A DNA stretch of 64,000 nucleotides from Planctomycetota bacterium (lineage in GTDB: Bacteria > Planctomycetota > UBA1135 > UBA2386): positions 2,048,001 to 2,112,000 of the forward strand of contig OZ245838.1 in the NCBI GenBank assembly GCA_965228735.1, given 5' to 3'. A program made the position numbers and the translations under genes. The notes beneath the pieces are model-generated. The model had not been told where the DNA came from. It did no database searches and saw nothing but the letters and a program-made list of their open reading frames with translations. Positions 22,091-31,873 of the stretch are shown one piece after another. Positions within the stretch are counted from its first letter, which is position 1, and the number at the start of each line of letters is the position of its first letter.

Positions 22091-23323
22091 ATGCGCCACC
22101 ACCTCATCGCCGCCGTCCTGTCCTGCTCCACGACCGTCGTCGCCCAGACCATCGACCCGACGTTCGCTGGCGTCTACACCGCGACGGATCTCGGTTTCGT
22201 GCCGGGCGTCCCCACGCCGTACGGCGGCATCGTGTTCAAGGCGAACGCGCCGAACACTCTGTTGATCGGGGGCTTCGCCAACCAGACGAGCGCCGCGATC
22301 TACGAGATCGACGTGACCCGCGACAGCCAGGGGTTCATCACCGGCTTCGTCGGCACGGCTACCCAGTTCGCGACGGCCCCGCAGATCGACGGGGGCCTGT
22401 GCTACGGCCCGAATGGCGTGCTGTTCTTCACGACGTACAACAACAATACCCTCGGCCAGATCAAGCCGGGCAGCACGTCGCCCGACAAGACCATCGCGCT
22501 CACTGCGCTCGGGGTCGCGTCATCGACCGGCACGTGCAACTTCGCGCCCGCCAACTTCCCCGGCGCCGGCGAACTCAAGGTCGCGTCGTTCAGCAGCTGG
22601 GGCTTTTACAGCTTCCAGGTCACGCCCGATGGCACCGGCACGTTCGACATCACGCCGACCACGGGCCCGGTCAGCGTGAACGGCGGCCCCGAAGGCATCC
22701 TCTACGTCCCGCCCGGCTCGGCACTGATCCCGGACTACCAGTACGTGCTCATCAGCGAATGGGGCGCGGGTGCGGTCGGGCTCTACCGGATCGACGGCAA
22801 CGGCGATCCGATCCTGGCCTCACGAATCCCGTTCATCACGGGGCTGACCGGCGCCGAAGGCGCGTGCACGGACCCGATCACGGGCGACCTCGTGTTCTCG
22901 ACGTTCGGCGGCGGTGATCGGGTGCTCCGGATCACCGGTTTCGGCGTCTGCGGCAGTCACACGAACTACGGCACCGGCATCGCGGGCCAGAACGGCGCTC
23001 CCGCGATCGCCGGCGGCGGCTGCGCCGGCCGCGGTCAGATCACGACGATCGACGTGACCAACGGCCCGCCCGGCGCGACTGGTTTGCTGGCCGTCGGCTT
23101 CACGCAGGCCAACATCCCCGTGCTCGGCGGCGCGCTGCTCGTGAACCCGGTGAACAACTTCTTCCACTTCCTCGACGGCGCGGGCCAGTGGAGCCTCACG
23201 GTGTTGCTGCCGGTCGACCCCAGCTGGAACGGGCTCAACATCTACTCGCAGAGCTTCTACCTCGACCCGGGCGCGAGCCAGGGCATCGCAGCCACGAACG
23301 GGCTGCACACGCTCGTGCGTTGA
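22091..23323 (+). CDS. Secreted beta-propeller-like protein with conserved C-terminal tail domain
   Basis: Signal VVA|Q. GGIVF, DGGLCYGP, PEGILY and AEGACTDP blade motifs. Ends ...YSQSFYLDPG..AATNGLHTLVR. Confidence 0.78.
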   Translation: MRHHLIAAVLSCSTTVVAQTIDPTFAGVYTATDLGFVPGVPTPYGGIVFKANAPNTLLIGGFANQTSAAIYEIDVTRDSQGFITGFVGTATQFATAPQIDGGLCYGPNGVLFFTTYNNNTLGQIKPGSTSPDKTIALTALGVASSTGTCNFAPANFPGAGELKVASFSSWGFYSFQVTPDGTGTFDITPTTGPVSVNGGPEGILYVPPGSALIPDYQYVLISEWGAGAVGLYRIDGNGDPILASRIPFITGLTGAEGACTDPITGDLVFSTFGGGDRVLRITGFGVCGSHTNYGTGIAGQNGAPAIAGGGCAGRGQITTIDVTNGPPGATGLLAVGFTQANIPVLGGALLVNPVNNFFHFLDGAGQWSLTVLLPVDPSWNGLNIYSQSFYLDPGASQGIAATNGLHTLVR

Positions 23324-23355
23324 CGGCCGGTTCCGCGGTCGACCTGCACCCCCGC

Positions 23356-23769
23356 TCAGGCGGGGCGCAGGACGCCGGTCGAGAACATCCAGAACCCGGT
23401 GCCCGTCGCGACCAGGGTCGCCACGAGCCAGATCACGACCGTCGCGAGATGCCAACGCCGCACGCGCGGGTTGCGCCAGAGCCAGATGCCCGACCCGATC
23501 ACGGGCAGCGCGAGGAACGCGGCAGTCTTGGCGAACACCAGGTGGAACGCCAGGTTGTCGGGCGGGAACTCGTACTGTTGCGCGAGCTGCTCGGTGAAGA
23601 CGATGGCGAACGTCAGCGCGACCATGGCCGCCGGCCCGAGCACGAGGTGCAGGCGGCGGCCCTTGCGAAAGCCGGAGATCAACGCGCCGACGATGCAGAC
23701 GAGGGTCGCCACGAACGCGATCCAGAACGGCAGGGACGAAGGAGGAGCAGCGTCGTTCTGGGCCAGCAT
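23356..23769 (-). CDS. Small four-TM membrane protein with three membrane-proximal His residues (DUF420-like)
   Basis: C-terminal part of ORF 23356..24750. Four hydrophobic segments; RRLH, AFH and RRWH. Confidence 0.6.
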   Translation of the reverse strand: MLAQNDAAPPSSLPFWIAFVATLVCIVGALISGFRKGRRLHLVLGPAAMVALTFAIVFTEQLAQQYEFPPDNLAFHLVFAKTAAFLALPVIGSGIWLWRNPRVRRWHLATVVIWLVATLVATGTGFWMFSTGVLRPA

Positions 23770-23810
23770 GCGGTTGGAGGCAACGAATTGGAGCCGGGCG
23801 GATTTCACGC

Positions 23811-23816
23811 TACGTT
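23811..23816 (+). promoter_or_regulatory. Putative -10 element (TACGTT) 7 nt upstream of the ribH ATG
   Basis: TANNNT match with no SD. Confidence 0.45.
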
Positions 23817-23823
23817 CGACACC

Positions 23824-24297
23824 ATGGCCAACGAAAACCCCGGATCCATCGACGGCAACGGCAAGCGCGTCGGCATCGCGGTCGCACGCTTCAACGAGAT
23901 GGTTACCGGCGAGCTGCTGCGCGGCGCGCGCTCGGCGCTCACCGAGGCCGGAGTCGCGCCGGCGGCGATCGAAGTCGTGTGGGTTCCCGGCGCGTTCGAG
24001 TTGCCCGCGGCCGGGCGCCTGCTCTGGGACACCGGGCGGCTCGACGCCATCGTCCTGCTCGGGGCCGTCGTGCGCGGCGAGACCGACCACTACGACTTCG
24101 TCTGCGCGGCCGTATCCGACGGCGCGATGCGACTGGGGGAAGCCGGCATCCCGACGGGCTTCGGCGTGCTGACCTGCGGCACGATGGAGCTCGCGCTGGA
24201 CCGCGCCGGCGGCGCCGCCGGCAACAAGGGCGTCGACGCCGCCCAGGCCGCCCTCGCCATGGCCAACCTGCGCGCCGATCTCGCCCCGGTTGCGTGA
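23824..24297 (+). CDS. ribH: 6,7-dimethyl-8-ribityllumazine synthase
   Basis: ARFN, VPGAFELP, LGAVVRGETDHYD, FGVLT and GNKG motifs. Confidence 0.96.
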   Translation: MANENPGSIDGNGKRVGIAVARFNEMVTGELLRGARSALTEAGVAPAAIEVVWVPGAFELPAAGRLLWDTGRLDAIVLLGAVVRGETDHYDFVCAAVSDGAMRLGEAGIPTGFGVLTCGTMELALDRAGGAAGNKGVDAAQAALAMANLRADLAPVA

Positions 24298-24375
24298 GGG
24301 TCGGTTGCGTGATCTTCGGGCCGTGTTACCCTTCGCTCCCGACGCGCCGGACCGGCGCGCCCCCTGCTCCTTGCC

Positions 24376-24966
24376 ATGACCGCCCCATCCCGTAACGGCC
24401 GCGGCGCGCCGCCGCGCCGCCGCACCCGCGCTCGCGAGATCGCGATGCAGCTGCTCTTCCAAGTCGACCTGCGTGGCGGTAGCCGGCGTATCGCTGAGCG
24501 GCGCGGCGGGGACCAGGAAGGCGGGGACTACTTCGAGCAGATCGGGCGCACGATCGCCGAGGCCTGCGCCGATGCGAGTCCGGACGAAGCCGAGGTGGCG
24601 CGCTTCGCCCAGGGGCTGATCGAAGGCACGCTCGAGCACCAGGCGCAGATCGATCAACGGCTGCAGGCCGTGACCCGCAACTGGGACCTGCGGCGCATGG
24701 CGGCGATCGATCGCAACGTGCTCCGGATGGCGATCTACGAGCTCATGCACGTGGCGGACGTCCCGCCCAAGGTCGCGATCAACGAGGCGATCGAGCTCGC
24801 CAAGAAGTTCTCGACCAAGAACTCGGGCGGCTTCGTGAACGGCATCCTCGATCGCGTCCGCATCGACCTCGAACGCGAGCGCGCGCAGCCGAAGGACGGC
24901 ACCGAAGCGGCGCCGGCCGCGGACGCCAGCGCCCCGAGCGTGGATTCCGACGGCGCCAGCGCGTAG
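24376..24966 (+). CDS. nusB: Transcription antitermination factor NusB
   Basis: RRTRAREIAMQLLFQ, IDRNVLR, VAINEAIELAKKF and FVNGILD motifs. Confidence 0.96.
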   Translation: MTAPSRNGRGAPPRRRTRAREIAMQLLFQVDLRGGSRRIAERRGGDQEGGDYFEQIGRTIAEACADASPDEAEVARFAQGLIEGTLEHQAQIDQRLQAVTRNWDLRRMAAIDRNVLRMAIYELMHVADVPPKVAINEAIELAKKFSTKNSGGFVNGILDRVRIDLERERAQPKDGTEAAPAADASAPSVDSDGASA

Positions 24967-24980
24967 ACCTCTGGCCGTTC

Positions 24981-25898
24981 ATGGTGTTCGGCAAGCTCCT
25001 CGGCGCGCTCAAGAAGACGCGCGAAGTCCTCACGAAGGGCCTCAATCGCCTCTTCAAGGGTCGCCAGCTCGACGAGGACCTGCTCGACGAGCTCGAAGAG
25101 GTGCTCTACCAGAGTGACCTCGGCCCGCTCGGCACCCGCATCGTCGACGACCTCAAGGCGGCGTATCGCAAGAAGGAGATCAAGACGACCGAGGAGGTCC
25201 CCGCCTTCTTGCGGGAACGCCTGCTCACGATCCTCGACGGCGCCGCGGCGCCGCTCGCGACCGCGCCGAAGAAGCCGACCGTGCTGCTCATCGTCGGCGT
25301 GAACGGCTCGGGCAAGACGACGTCGATCGCCAAGCTCGCGTGCCACCTCAAGCGGCAGGGCAACTCCGTGCTGCTGGGTGCCGGCGACACGTTCCGCGCC
25401 GCCGCGGTCGAACAGCTCACGATGTGGGCCGAGCGGCTCGAGATCCCGATCATCAAGCAGGCGACGGGCGCCGACCCGGCCGCGGTGGCGTTCGACGCCG
25501 TCGCCGCCGCCGTCGCGCGCAACGTCGACTACCTCGTGCTCGACACCGCCGGCCGTCTGCACACGCAGAAGAACCTCATGACGGAGCTCGAGAAGATCGT
25601 GCGCGTCGTGCAGAAGCAGCTGCCGGACGCGCCGCACGAGACCCTGCTCGTGATCGACGCGACGACCGGGCAGAACGCGATCCGCCAGGCCAGCGAGTTC
25701 GCGAAGGCGGCGCCGGTCTCCGGCCTCATCCTGTCCAAGATGGACGGCACGGCCAAGGGCGGCGCGGTGTTCGGCATCCGCGACGTGCTGCCGGTCCCGG
25801 TCAAGTTCCTCGGCGTCGGCGAAGGCATGGAAGACCTCGAACCGTTCGCCGTCGAAAGCTACGTCGACGCCATCCTGCAGTTCGACGAACCGTCATGA
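24981..25898 (+). CDS. ftsY: Signal recognition particle receptor FtsY (NG domain only)
   Basis: GVNGSGKTT, DTFRAAA, DTAGR, DATTGQN and KMDGTAKGG motifs. Confidence 0.96.
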   Translation: MVFGKLLGALKKTREVLTKGLNRLFKGRQLDEDLLDELEEVLYQSDLGPLGTRIVDDLKAAYRKKEIKTTEEVPAFLRERLLTILDGAAAPLATAPKKPTVLLIVGVNGSGKTTSIAKLACHLKRQGNSVLLGAGDTFRAAAVEQLTMWAERLEIPIIKQATGADPAAVAFDAVAAAVARNVDYLVLDTAGRLHTQKNLMTELEKIVRVVQKQLPDAPHETLLVIDATTGQNAIRQASEFAKAAPVSGLILSKMDGTAKGGAVFGIRDVLPVPVKFLGVGEGMEDLEPFAVESYVDAILQFDEPS

Positions 25899-27946
25899 CC
25901 GAGCGCCCGGCCGAGCCCGCCACCCCACCCGGTTGGCTGCTGTGGCTGTTCCTCGGCCTGCTCGTGCTGCCCTTCTGGCCCTACTGGGTCGACTTCGAAC
26001 AGGTCCGCCGCGGCTTGCTCCTCGCGCTCTGCGGCGCGACCCTGCTGCTGCTGCCGCGGCTGCCGCGCGCGCGCGGCGAGAACGCGTTCCTCGTGTTCCT
26101 CGCATTCTCGGGCGTCGCGGCGCTCATCAGCTACCGCTCGCTGCAGCCGTTCGAAGCGCTGTATCGCGTCGCGCACTTCGCCAGTCTGCTCGTCGTCCTG
26201 CGCCTCGGCGCGGCGTTCGGCAACCGACTCGGCACACCGCTCGCGACCGCGGTGCTCTCGACCTCGGTGTTCGGCGTGCTGCAGCGCCTCGGCCTCTGCG
26301 GCATCGGCTGGTACGGGATCGCGGCCGAACCCGTGTCCGTGTTCGGCAATCTCAACGTCGCGTCCGAGTGGACCGCGGTCGCCGCGATGGCCGTCGCTGT
26401 CCTGCCCGTGCGCAATCGCGCGCTGCAACTCGCGGCCCTCGCGTTCGCCGGCTGCTACCTCGTCGGCAACGGCTCGCGGTCCGGCATGATCGCGTTCGCG
26501 ATCGGCCTCACCGTCCTGCTGCTGCGGCATCGCCAGCTCGATCAGGTCGTGCGCTCCGCCGCCGCGCTCGGGGGGGCCGGCATCGGCCTGCTGCTCGCGC
26601 TCGCGGTCGCGCAACCGCCTCCCGCCGACCAGGACGCCGCGGACGCGATCGCCCAGCGCTCGTCGCGCACTCTCGAGGTGCGATTCGAGATCGCGCGCGG
26701 CTGCACCGATCTGCTCCGCGAGCGCCCCGTGTTCGGCTTCGGCCCCGGCCAGTTCGCCGTCCAGTACCCGCGCGTCCGCACCCAGCGCGAGATCGAACTC
26801 TCGACGCAGGAACGGCGGTTCGCCGCGGAGGTCCGCACGGCCCACGACGACTGGCTCGAGCTGCTCGTCGAAGGCGGCCTGCCACTCGCGCTGGCGTTCG
26901 CCTGCGCGCTGTTCGCGCTGCAGCGCGGCACGACGCGGAAGGAACGACTGCTGCCGCTCCTCGTGCTGTTGCTCATCATGTTCGCCCGGTCGCCGCTCGC
27001 GAACGCGCCGGCCATCGTCGCCGCGTTGCTGCCGATCGCGACGACCGCGACCGCCGCGCGGCCGCTGCCGAACTGGCTGCCGTGGCTCCGCCGCGCGTTC
27101 GGCGTTCTGCTCCTGTATCTGGGCGTGCTGCCGATCGTCGCCCACCAGGCGTTCGCCCCGTACGTGCGGGCCATCGCACTCGGCCGTCAGCCGGACGTGC
27201 GGTGCGCCCAGACGGCGCACGCGTGGATGTGGTGGGAGCCGCGCTGGCTGCAGGTGCTCGCGCAGGAATACGAGACCGCCGGCGAACCACGCGCGGCGCA
27301 GAAGGCCGCCGCGATGGCCGCCGAGCTGCGCCCCCACGATCCGCAGCTGCTCGCGCTGCTCGGCCGCCTGCTGTCGAACGAGGGCCGGTACGAAGAAGCG
27401 GCGAAGGTCGCGCGCCACGGCCTGAGCATCGACCCGATGCATCCGGAGCTGCGGGTCCTGCTGAGCATCGCGCTGCTGCTCGACGGCCAGCACGACGCCG
27501 CGATCCGGGTGGTGATGAGCAACCCCCACCCGTCACTGCGTGCGCAACTGCGATCGCACTTCGCTGACCTCGCGCGCGTCGCCGAGTCCCGCGGCGACGA
27601 CCAGGGTGCCGCGCGGTGCCGCATGGAGCACGCGTTCTTGTCGACGCTCGACGCGCTCGGCGGCGCCGGGGTGAACGCATGGCTCACGGCGAAGGAGCAA
27701 CTGCGCGAGTTCTTCGCGACATCGCAGGCAGCGGGCCAGCTCCGGCACGACGTGCGCCCGTTCCTGCTCGCGGCTTTGCAGCTGCTGGCGCTTGACGACG
27801 TCGAGGAAGCGGGCACCTACGGTGAGACGGCGAAAAAGCGCGGCCTGTGGCTGCGCGACTGGCAGCGCGAGATGCTCGGCGACCGCATCGAACCGCTGCT
27901 CGCGATGGAGTCCTGGTTCGAGGTCCTGCGGCGACGCGGCCGCTGA
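25895..27946 (+). CDS. O-antigen ligase / O-oligosaccharyltransferase family protein with C-terminal TPR
   Basis: ATGA overlap with ftsY. Many TM segments; FGNLN, SRSG, GFGPGQF and AHDDWLE motifs; TPR-like helices. Confidence 0.78.
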   Translation: MTERPAEPATPPGWLLWLFLGLLVLPFWPYWVDFEQVRRGLLLALCGATLLLLPRLPRARGENAFLVFLAFSGVAALISYRSLQPFEALYRVAHFASLLVVLRLGAAFGNRLGTPLATAVLSTSVFGVLQRLGLCGIGWYGIAAEPVSVFGNLNVASEWTAVAAMAVAVLPVRNRALQLAALAFAGCYLVGNGSRSGMIAFAIGLTVLLLRHRQLDQVVRSAAALGGAGIGLLLALAVAQPPPADQDAADAIAQRSSRTLEVRFEIARGCTDLLRERPVFGFGPGQFAVQYPRVRTQREIELSTQERRFAAEVRTAHDDWLELLVEGGLPLALAFACALFALQRGTTRKERLLPLLVLLLIMFARSPLANAPAIVAALLPIATTATAARPLPNWLPWLRRAFGVLLLYLGVLPIVAHQAFAPYVRAIALGRQPDVRCAQTAHAWMWWEPRWLQVLAQEYETAGEPRAAQKAAAMAAELRPHDPQLLALLGRLLSNEGRYEEAAKVARHGLSIDPMHPELRVLLSIALLLDGQHDAAIRVVMSNPHPSLRAQLRSHFADLARVAESRGDDQGAARCRMEHAFLSTLDALGGAGVNAWLTAKEQLREFFATSQAAGQLRHDVRPFLLAALQLLALDDVEEAGTYGETAKKRGLWLRDWQREMLGDRIEPLLAMESWFEVLRRRGR

Positions 27947-27966
27947 CCCGCGATCGCGCGCCGGCG

Positions 27967-28884
27967 CTACTTGCCGCTGCCAGCGCCCTGCCGCTGGCCC
28001 GCGCCTCGCTCCGACGATCGGGCCCGTTCCTCGATGACCTCCAGTTCGCCATCGGCTCCCGCCGCCGTGATGAACTCGTCGAGACTCCAGGCCCGCTGCC
28101 GCAACGGGTGATCCTCGGGGAACAGTTCCTGCAGCTGCGGCTGAATCGTGTAGCCGAGCAGCGCCATACCGAGTCGGGTCGGGTGCAGTCGATCTTCCTG
28201 CAACAGCGCGAATCGCGGCACGGGCACCTTGCGGTCCGTCAGCTCCAGCTCGAGCTCGGCCCCGCGCATCCGACGGACGGTGTCACCGAGCCCCACGAGA
28301 TGAACGTTCGGCCGCGCAGCCACCCACGCCGCGAGGTCCGCGTTCAACGCCTTCAGCGTCGTTGGTTCCGGGATCTGCGCCTCACTCAGTCGACTCTTCC
28401 TCGCGCCGGTCATGTCCGGCAGATCGCCGAGCAGAATCTGGGCGTCGATGTCCTGCAGCAGTGCGAGTCCGGCCGCGAGCCGCCGGCGTCGCAGCTCCAG
28501 TTCGTCGCCCGGGCCGATGTAGCCGTAGGCGAACCAGAACGGGAAGTCGATCGCAACCACGACGGCCGGCCGCTTGCGCTCGAGTTGCGCGATCTGCCGC
28601 TTGCCGATCGCCATCGGTCGCGTGAACATCACCGTCATCTCAACGGTGTTGTGCGTCGAGATCCGCGCCTCCCCGTCGGCCCACCGTCGAAGCAGGCGGT
28701 GCAGCGTGATCGTGTCACCAGCGCGCCTGGCGCCGAACGCCGGCCCATCCGCGAAGCCGCCACTCACGCTCGCGCCGACGATGTGGACCTTCAGGTCCTC
28801 CGACTGCGCGACAGCGGGCCGACCGAGGACGGCGGCGGTCGCGAAGGTGAACACGACCAGGCTCGCGATCGCCGCGGCATCCAT
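27967..28884 (-). CDS. Secreted SGNH/GDSL-like hydrolase
   Basis: Signal AVA|Q. Block I IVGASVS and block V DRLHP. Start uncertain (28884, 28896 or 28905). Confidence 0.6.
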   Translation of the reverse strand: MDAAAIASLVVFTFATAAVLGRPAVAQSEDLKVHIVGASVSGGFADGPAFGARRAGDTITLHRLLRRWADGEARISTHNTVEMTVMFTRPMAIGKRQIAQLERKRPAVVVAIDFPFWFAYGYIGPGDELELRRRRLAAGLALLQDIDAQILLGDLPDMTGARKSRLSEAQIPEPTTLKALNADLAAWVAARPNVHLVGLGDTVRRMRGAELELELTDRKVPVPRFALLQEDRLHPTRLGMALLGYTIQPQLQELFPEDHPLRQRAWSLDEFITAAGADGELEVIEERARSSERGAGQRQGAGSGK

Positions 28885-28999
28885 CCGTGAATTCATGGCT
28901 GTCATCTATACCGCAGGCATCGTGATCACACCGGCCTCCGGGCGCGGGATCGCGAGCAACCCCGCGACCTACACGCACGGCTGACGTTGCCAGCCGGCC

Positions 29000-31837
29000 T
29001 CACCGCATCGCGCCGCGCACGAGGTCGTGCACGGCGCGGCGCACCGCGGTGATCTTGCGATTCTTGCGCGTCGGGTGCACCCGGTTGGTCAACAGCACGA
29101 CGCAGTAGTCGAGTTCGGGATCGCAGACGAGCGACGTCCCCGTGAACCCCGTGTGCCCGAACGCACCCGGGGAAACCTCGGTGCCGGCCCACGAGCCGGC
29201 GCGCAACATCCCGAGCCCGATCGCGCGCGAGTCGTCGCCCGGCACGATGCCGACCGGCCGCGTCGCGAGCGCCGCGACCGCGGGCGGCAGGCTCTCGCGG
29301 CCGCCGCCGAGGTAGTCGAGACCGACCGTGAGCACGTCGCGCGCCGTCGCGAACAGGCCCGCGTGCCCCGAGATGCCGCCCATCGCGAACGCGTTCTCGT
29401 CGTGGACGTAGCCCTCGACGAGCCGACCACGCCACGCGCATTCCTCGGTCGGCGCGGCGCCGGCCGACCAGCCGCCCGTCGGCACGAAGCGCGCGCGGTG
29501 GCCCGGCCGCCAGAACGACGCCTCGCGAACGTTGTCCTCGAAGGACTGCCCGCTCGCCGCCTCGACGATGGCCATGAGCAGGATGAAGCCGATGTCGGAG
29601 TACACGGTCTCGGTCCCCGGCGCGTGCCGCAACGGCGTCGCAGCCGCAGCCTCGACGATCTCGGCCTTGCCCTCGAAGTCCTTGTAGTACTGCAGGAACG
29701 GCGGCAAACCGCTGCAGTGCGCGAGCAGGTGACGCACCTGCACGTCGTCCTTGCCGTCCCCGCGGAACGCGGGCACCCACTTGCTGACCGGGTCCTCGAG
29801 CTGGAGACGGCTCGCCGCGACGAGCCGGAGAACCGCGGGCGTGGTCGCGCAGACCTTGGTCAGCGACGCGAGGTCATAGAGCGTGTCGGGGCGCACGGGG
29901 CGCGCGTCCGCACCGTAGCTCGTGCTGCCGACCGCGACCTCGGCCACGACTTCGCCGTGCCGCGCGACGAGACAGACCGCGCCGGGGAACGCGCCGTCCG
30001 CGACCGCGGCAGTGAGTCGTTCGCGCAGCGCCGCACCGAGGCCGGGATCGACGTCGTAGCCCGCGTGCTTCGCCGCCGGCGCGCGTTCGTCCCCGAGCAA
30101 CCGATAGCGCACGAGCCCGGTGCCGGCCTCCGCGACTCCGGGGATCGAGACCGGCAATCGCCCGCTCACGGGCTGCAGACCGCGCAGGACATCGACCGCC
30201 GCGCGCTGCGAATACGCGGTGTCGACGTAGGTGCAGAGATAGGTGTCGATCGCGGGCAGATCGGAGATCAGGTACGGGTTCCCGAACGACACGCCGACGA
30301 TCTGTTGGTCGTCCCGCAGCGCCGCGAGCACGGGCTGCACGCTCGGCGGCAGGGCGACACCGCCGCTGTAGGCCCGCACCTTGACGTGCAGCGACAGGAT
30401 CACGCGTTCGGCACCGGCGACCGCGGCTCGCGCCGCCTCGATCGCCTCGTTCGCACTCTTCGCCGCCACGCGATGCACGCTCGCAACGCAACAGCGCATC
30501 GCGGCCTCGAACTCGTGCTCCTCGCCGTCGTCGCGATCGAACACCATGACGAGCGCCGCCTTGCTGGCCTGCCCCTCGTCCCACGACAGCCACGGCCACT
30601 CCCCGCCGCGATCGCGCACGAGCGTCACACCGCGCGCCGCGAGGTCGCGCGCGAGCTGCTGCCCGGCCGGTGTGTTCACCCGCGCCCGCCAGTCCGCCGC
30701 CACGCGGCCACGGTCGCCAGCACTCAGCAGGCCGACCCGTTCCTTGGCCCGCAGGATCCGCAACACGGCGTCGTCGAGCCGGGCGAGCGGCACCCGGCCG
30801 CTCGCCACCGCCTCGACGACGGCCGCCCGCGCGGCGATCGGATCCGGCGGCATGAGCAGGACGTCGGCGCCGGCGAGCAGGGCGCGCACCGCGACCTCGC
30901 CGGGTGCGAACGCGTTCTTCACCCCGCCCATCTCGAGCGCATCCGTGACCACGAGACCGGTGAACCCGAGTTCGTCGCGCAGCACGTCGCCGAGGATCAA
31001 CTTGCTCAGGGTCGCTGGCAGCTTCGGGTCCTCGCCGAGGCCCGGCACCGCGAGGTGTCCCGTCATCACGGAGCCGAGGCCCGCCTTCGCCGCCGCGCCG
31101 AACGGGCGCAACTCGACGCGCCGCAGTCGGTCGCCGTCACCGGGCACCGTCGGCAGCTCGAGGTGACTGTCCGACGACACGTCGCCGTGACCCGGGAAGT
31201 GCTTGCCGCACGCGATCTGCCCCGCGCCCTGCACGCCGCGCACGAACGCCGCGCCGAGCCGCGCGACGAGCTCCGGATCCTCGCCGAAGCTGCGCACGTT
31301 GATGATCGGGTTGTCCGGGTTGCTGTTGACGTCGAGCACGGGCGCGAAGACCCAGTGGAACCCGAGTGCCGCGGCCTCTTCGCCCGTGACGCGGCCGGCC
31401 TGTTCCGTGAGCCACTCCGAGCGCCCGGCCCCCATCAGCATGTTGTTCCCGAGCTCGGTCGCGCCGTCGAGCCGGAACCAGACGCCGCCCTCGAAGTCGC
31501 CGGCCATGAGCAACGGCACCCTGGACGCCTGCTGCAGTTCGGGCACGAGCTTCGCCGCCTGTTCGACGTCGCCGAGACTCAGGATGATCCCGCCGAGCTC
31601 CGCTTCGCGGATCCACTGCAGCAGCTGCTCGTGATTCGCCCCGTCGGCCGTCGGTCGCGTGAGACTCCACGACATGAAGAGCTGCCCGGCCTTCTGCGGC
31701 AGCGTCAGTTCGGCGAGCAGTTCCTCGGCGGAACGCGAAGTGACGCCGTCGTCCTGGGCGGATGCGACGGGCAGGAGAACCGCTGCGGTGGCGAGGATCG
31801 CAACGCAGCGAGAACGGGCGGCGAGGGGAGCGTTCAC
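29000..31837 (-). CDS. nagZ: GH3 beta-N-acetylglucosaminidase fused to a beta-lactamase-like serine hydrolase (NagZ-AmiE-type)
   Basis: Signal ASA|Q. DFEGG, APVLD, KHFPGHG and DSH in the GH3 part. ASLTK (SxxK), YSD, VHDEN and GHTGFTG in the C-terminal part. Confidence 0.88.
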   Translation of the reverse strand: MNAPLAARSRCVAILATAAVLLPVASAQDDGVTSRSAEELLAELTLPQKAGQLFMSWSLTRPTADGANHEQLLQWIREAELGGIILSLGDVEQAAKLVPELQQASRVPLLMAGDFEGGVWFRLDGATELGNNMLMGAGRSEWLTEQAGRVTGEEAAALGFHWVFAPVLDVNSNPDNPIINVRSFGEDPELVARLGAAFVRGVQGAGQIACGKHFPGHGDVSSDSHLELPTVPGDGDRLRRVELRPFGAAAKAGLGSVMTGHLAVPGLGEDPKLPATLSKLILGDVLRDELGFTGLVVTDALEMGGVKNAFAPGEVAVRALLAGADVLLMPPDPIAARAAVVEAVASGRVPLARLDDAVLRILRAKERVGLLSAGDRGRVAADWRARVNTPAGQQLARDLAARGVTLVRDRGGEWPWLSWDEGQASKAALVMVFDRDDGEEHEFEAAMRCCVASVHRVAAKSANEAIEAARAAVAGAERVILSLHVKVRAYSGGVALPPSVQPVLAALRDDQQIVGVSFGNPYLISDLPAIDTYLCTYVDTAYSQRAAVDVLRGLQPVSGRLPVSIPGVAEAGTGLVRYRLLGDERAPAAKHAGYDVDPGLGAALRERLTAAVADGAFPGAVCLVARHGEVVAEVAVGSTSYGADARPVRPDTLYDLASLTKVCATTPAVLRLVAASRLQLEDPVSKWVPAFRGDGKDDVQVRHLLAHCSGLPPFLQYYKDFEGKAEIVEAAAATPLRHAPGTETVYSDIGFILLMAIVEAASGQSFEDNVREASFWRPGHRARFVPTGGWSAGAAPTEECAWRGRLVEGYVHDENAFAMGGISGHAGLFATARDVLTVGLDYLGGGRESLPPAVAALATRPVGIVPGDDSRAIGLGMLRAGSWAGTEVSPGAFGHTGFTGTSLVCDPELDYCVVLLTNRVHPTRKNRKITAVRRAVHDLVRGAMR

Positions 31838-31873
31838 GCGCCCCAGGCTACCGTGCGGTGCGCGCGGCAGCGA

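Noticed and set aside
19717..22917. 1066-aa plus-strand ORF and similar long ORFs (45095-49183, 50525-53392, 10524-12923, 7138-9534)
   Set aside because: They overlap well-supported genes in other frames or strands and have shadow-ORF composition.
23770..23823. Possible FMN riboswitch upstream of ribH
   Set aside because: The intergenic gap is only 54 bp and has no RFN consensus.
29000..30050. Beta-lactamase / resistance gene
   Set aside because: The SxxK domain is fused to GH3 in a murQ cluster, which fits an AmiE-like amidase or esterase.
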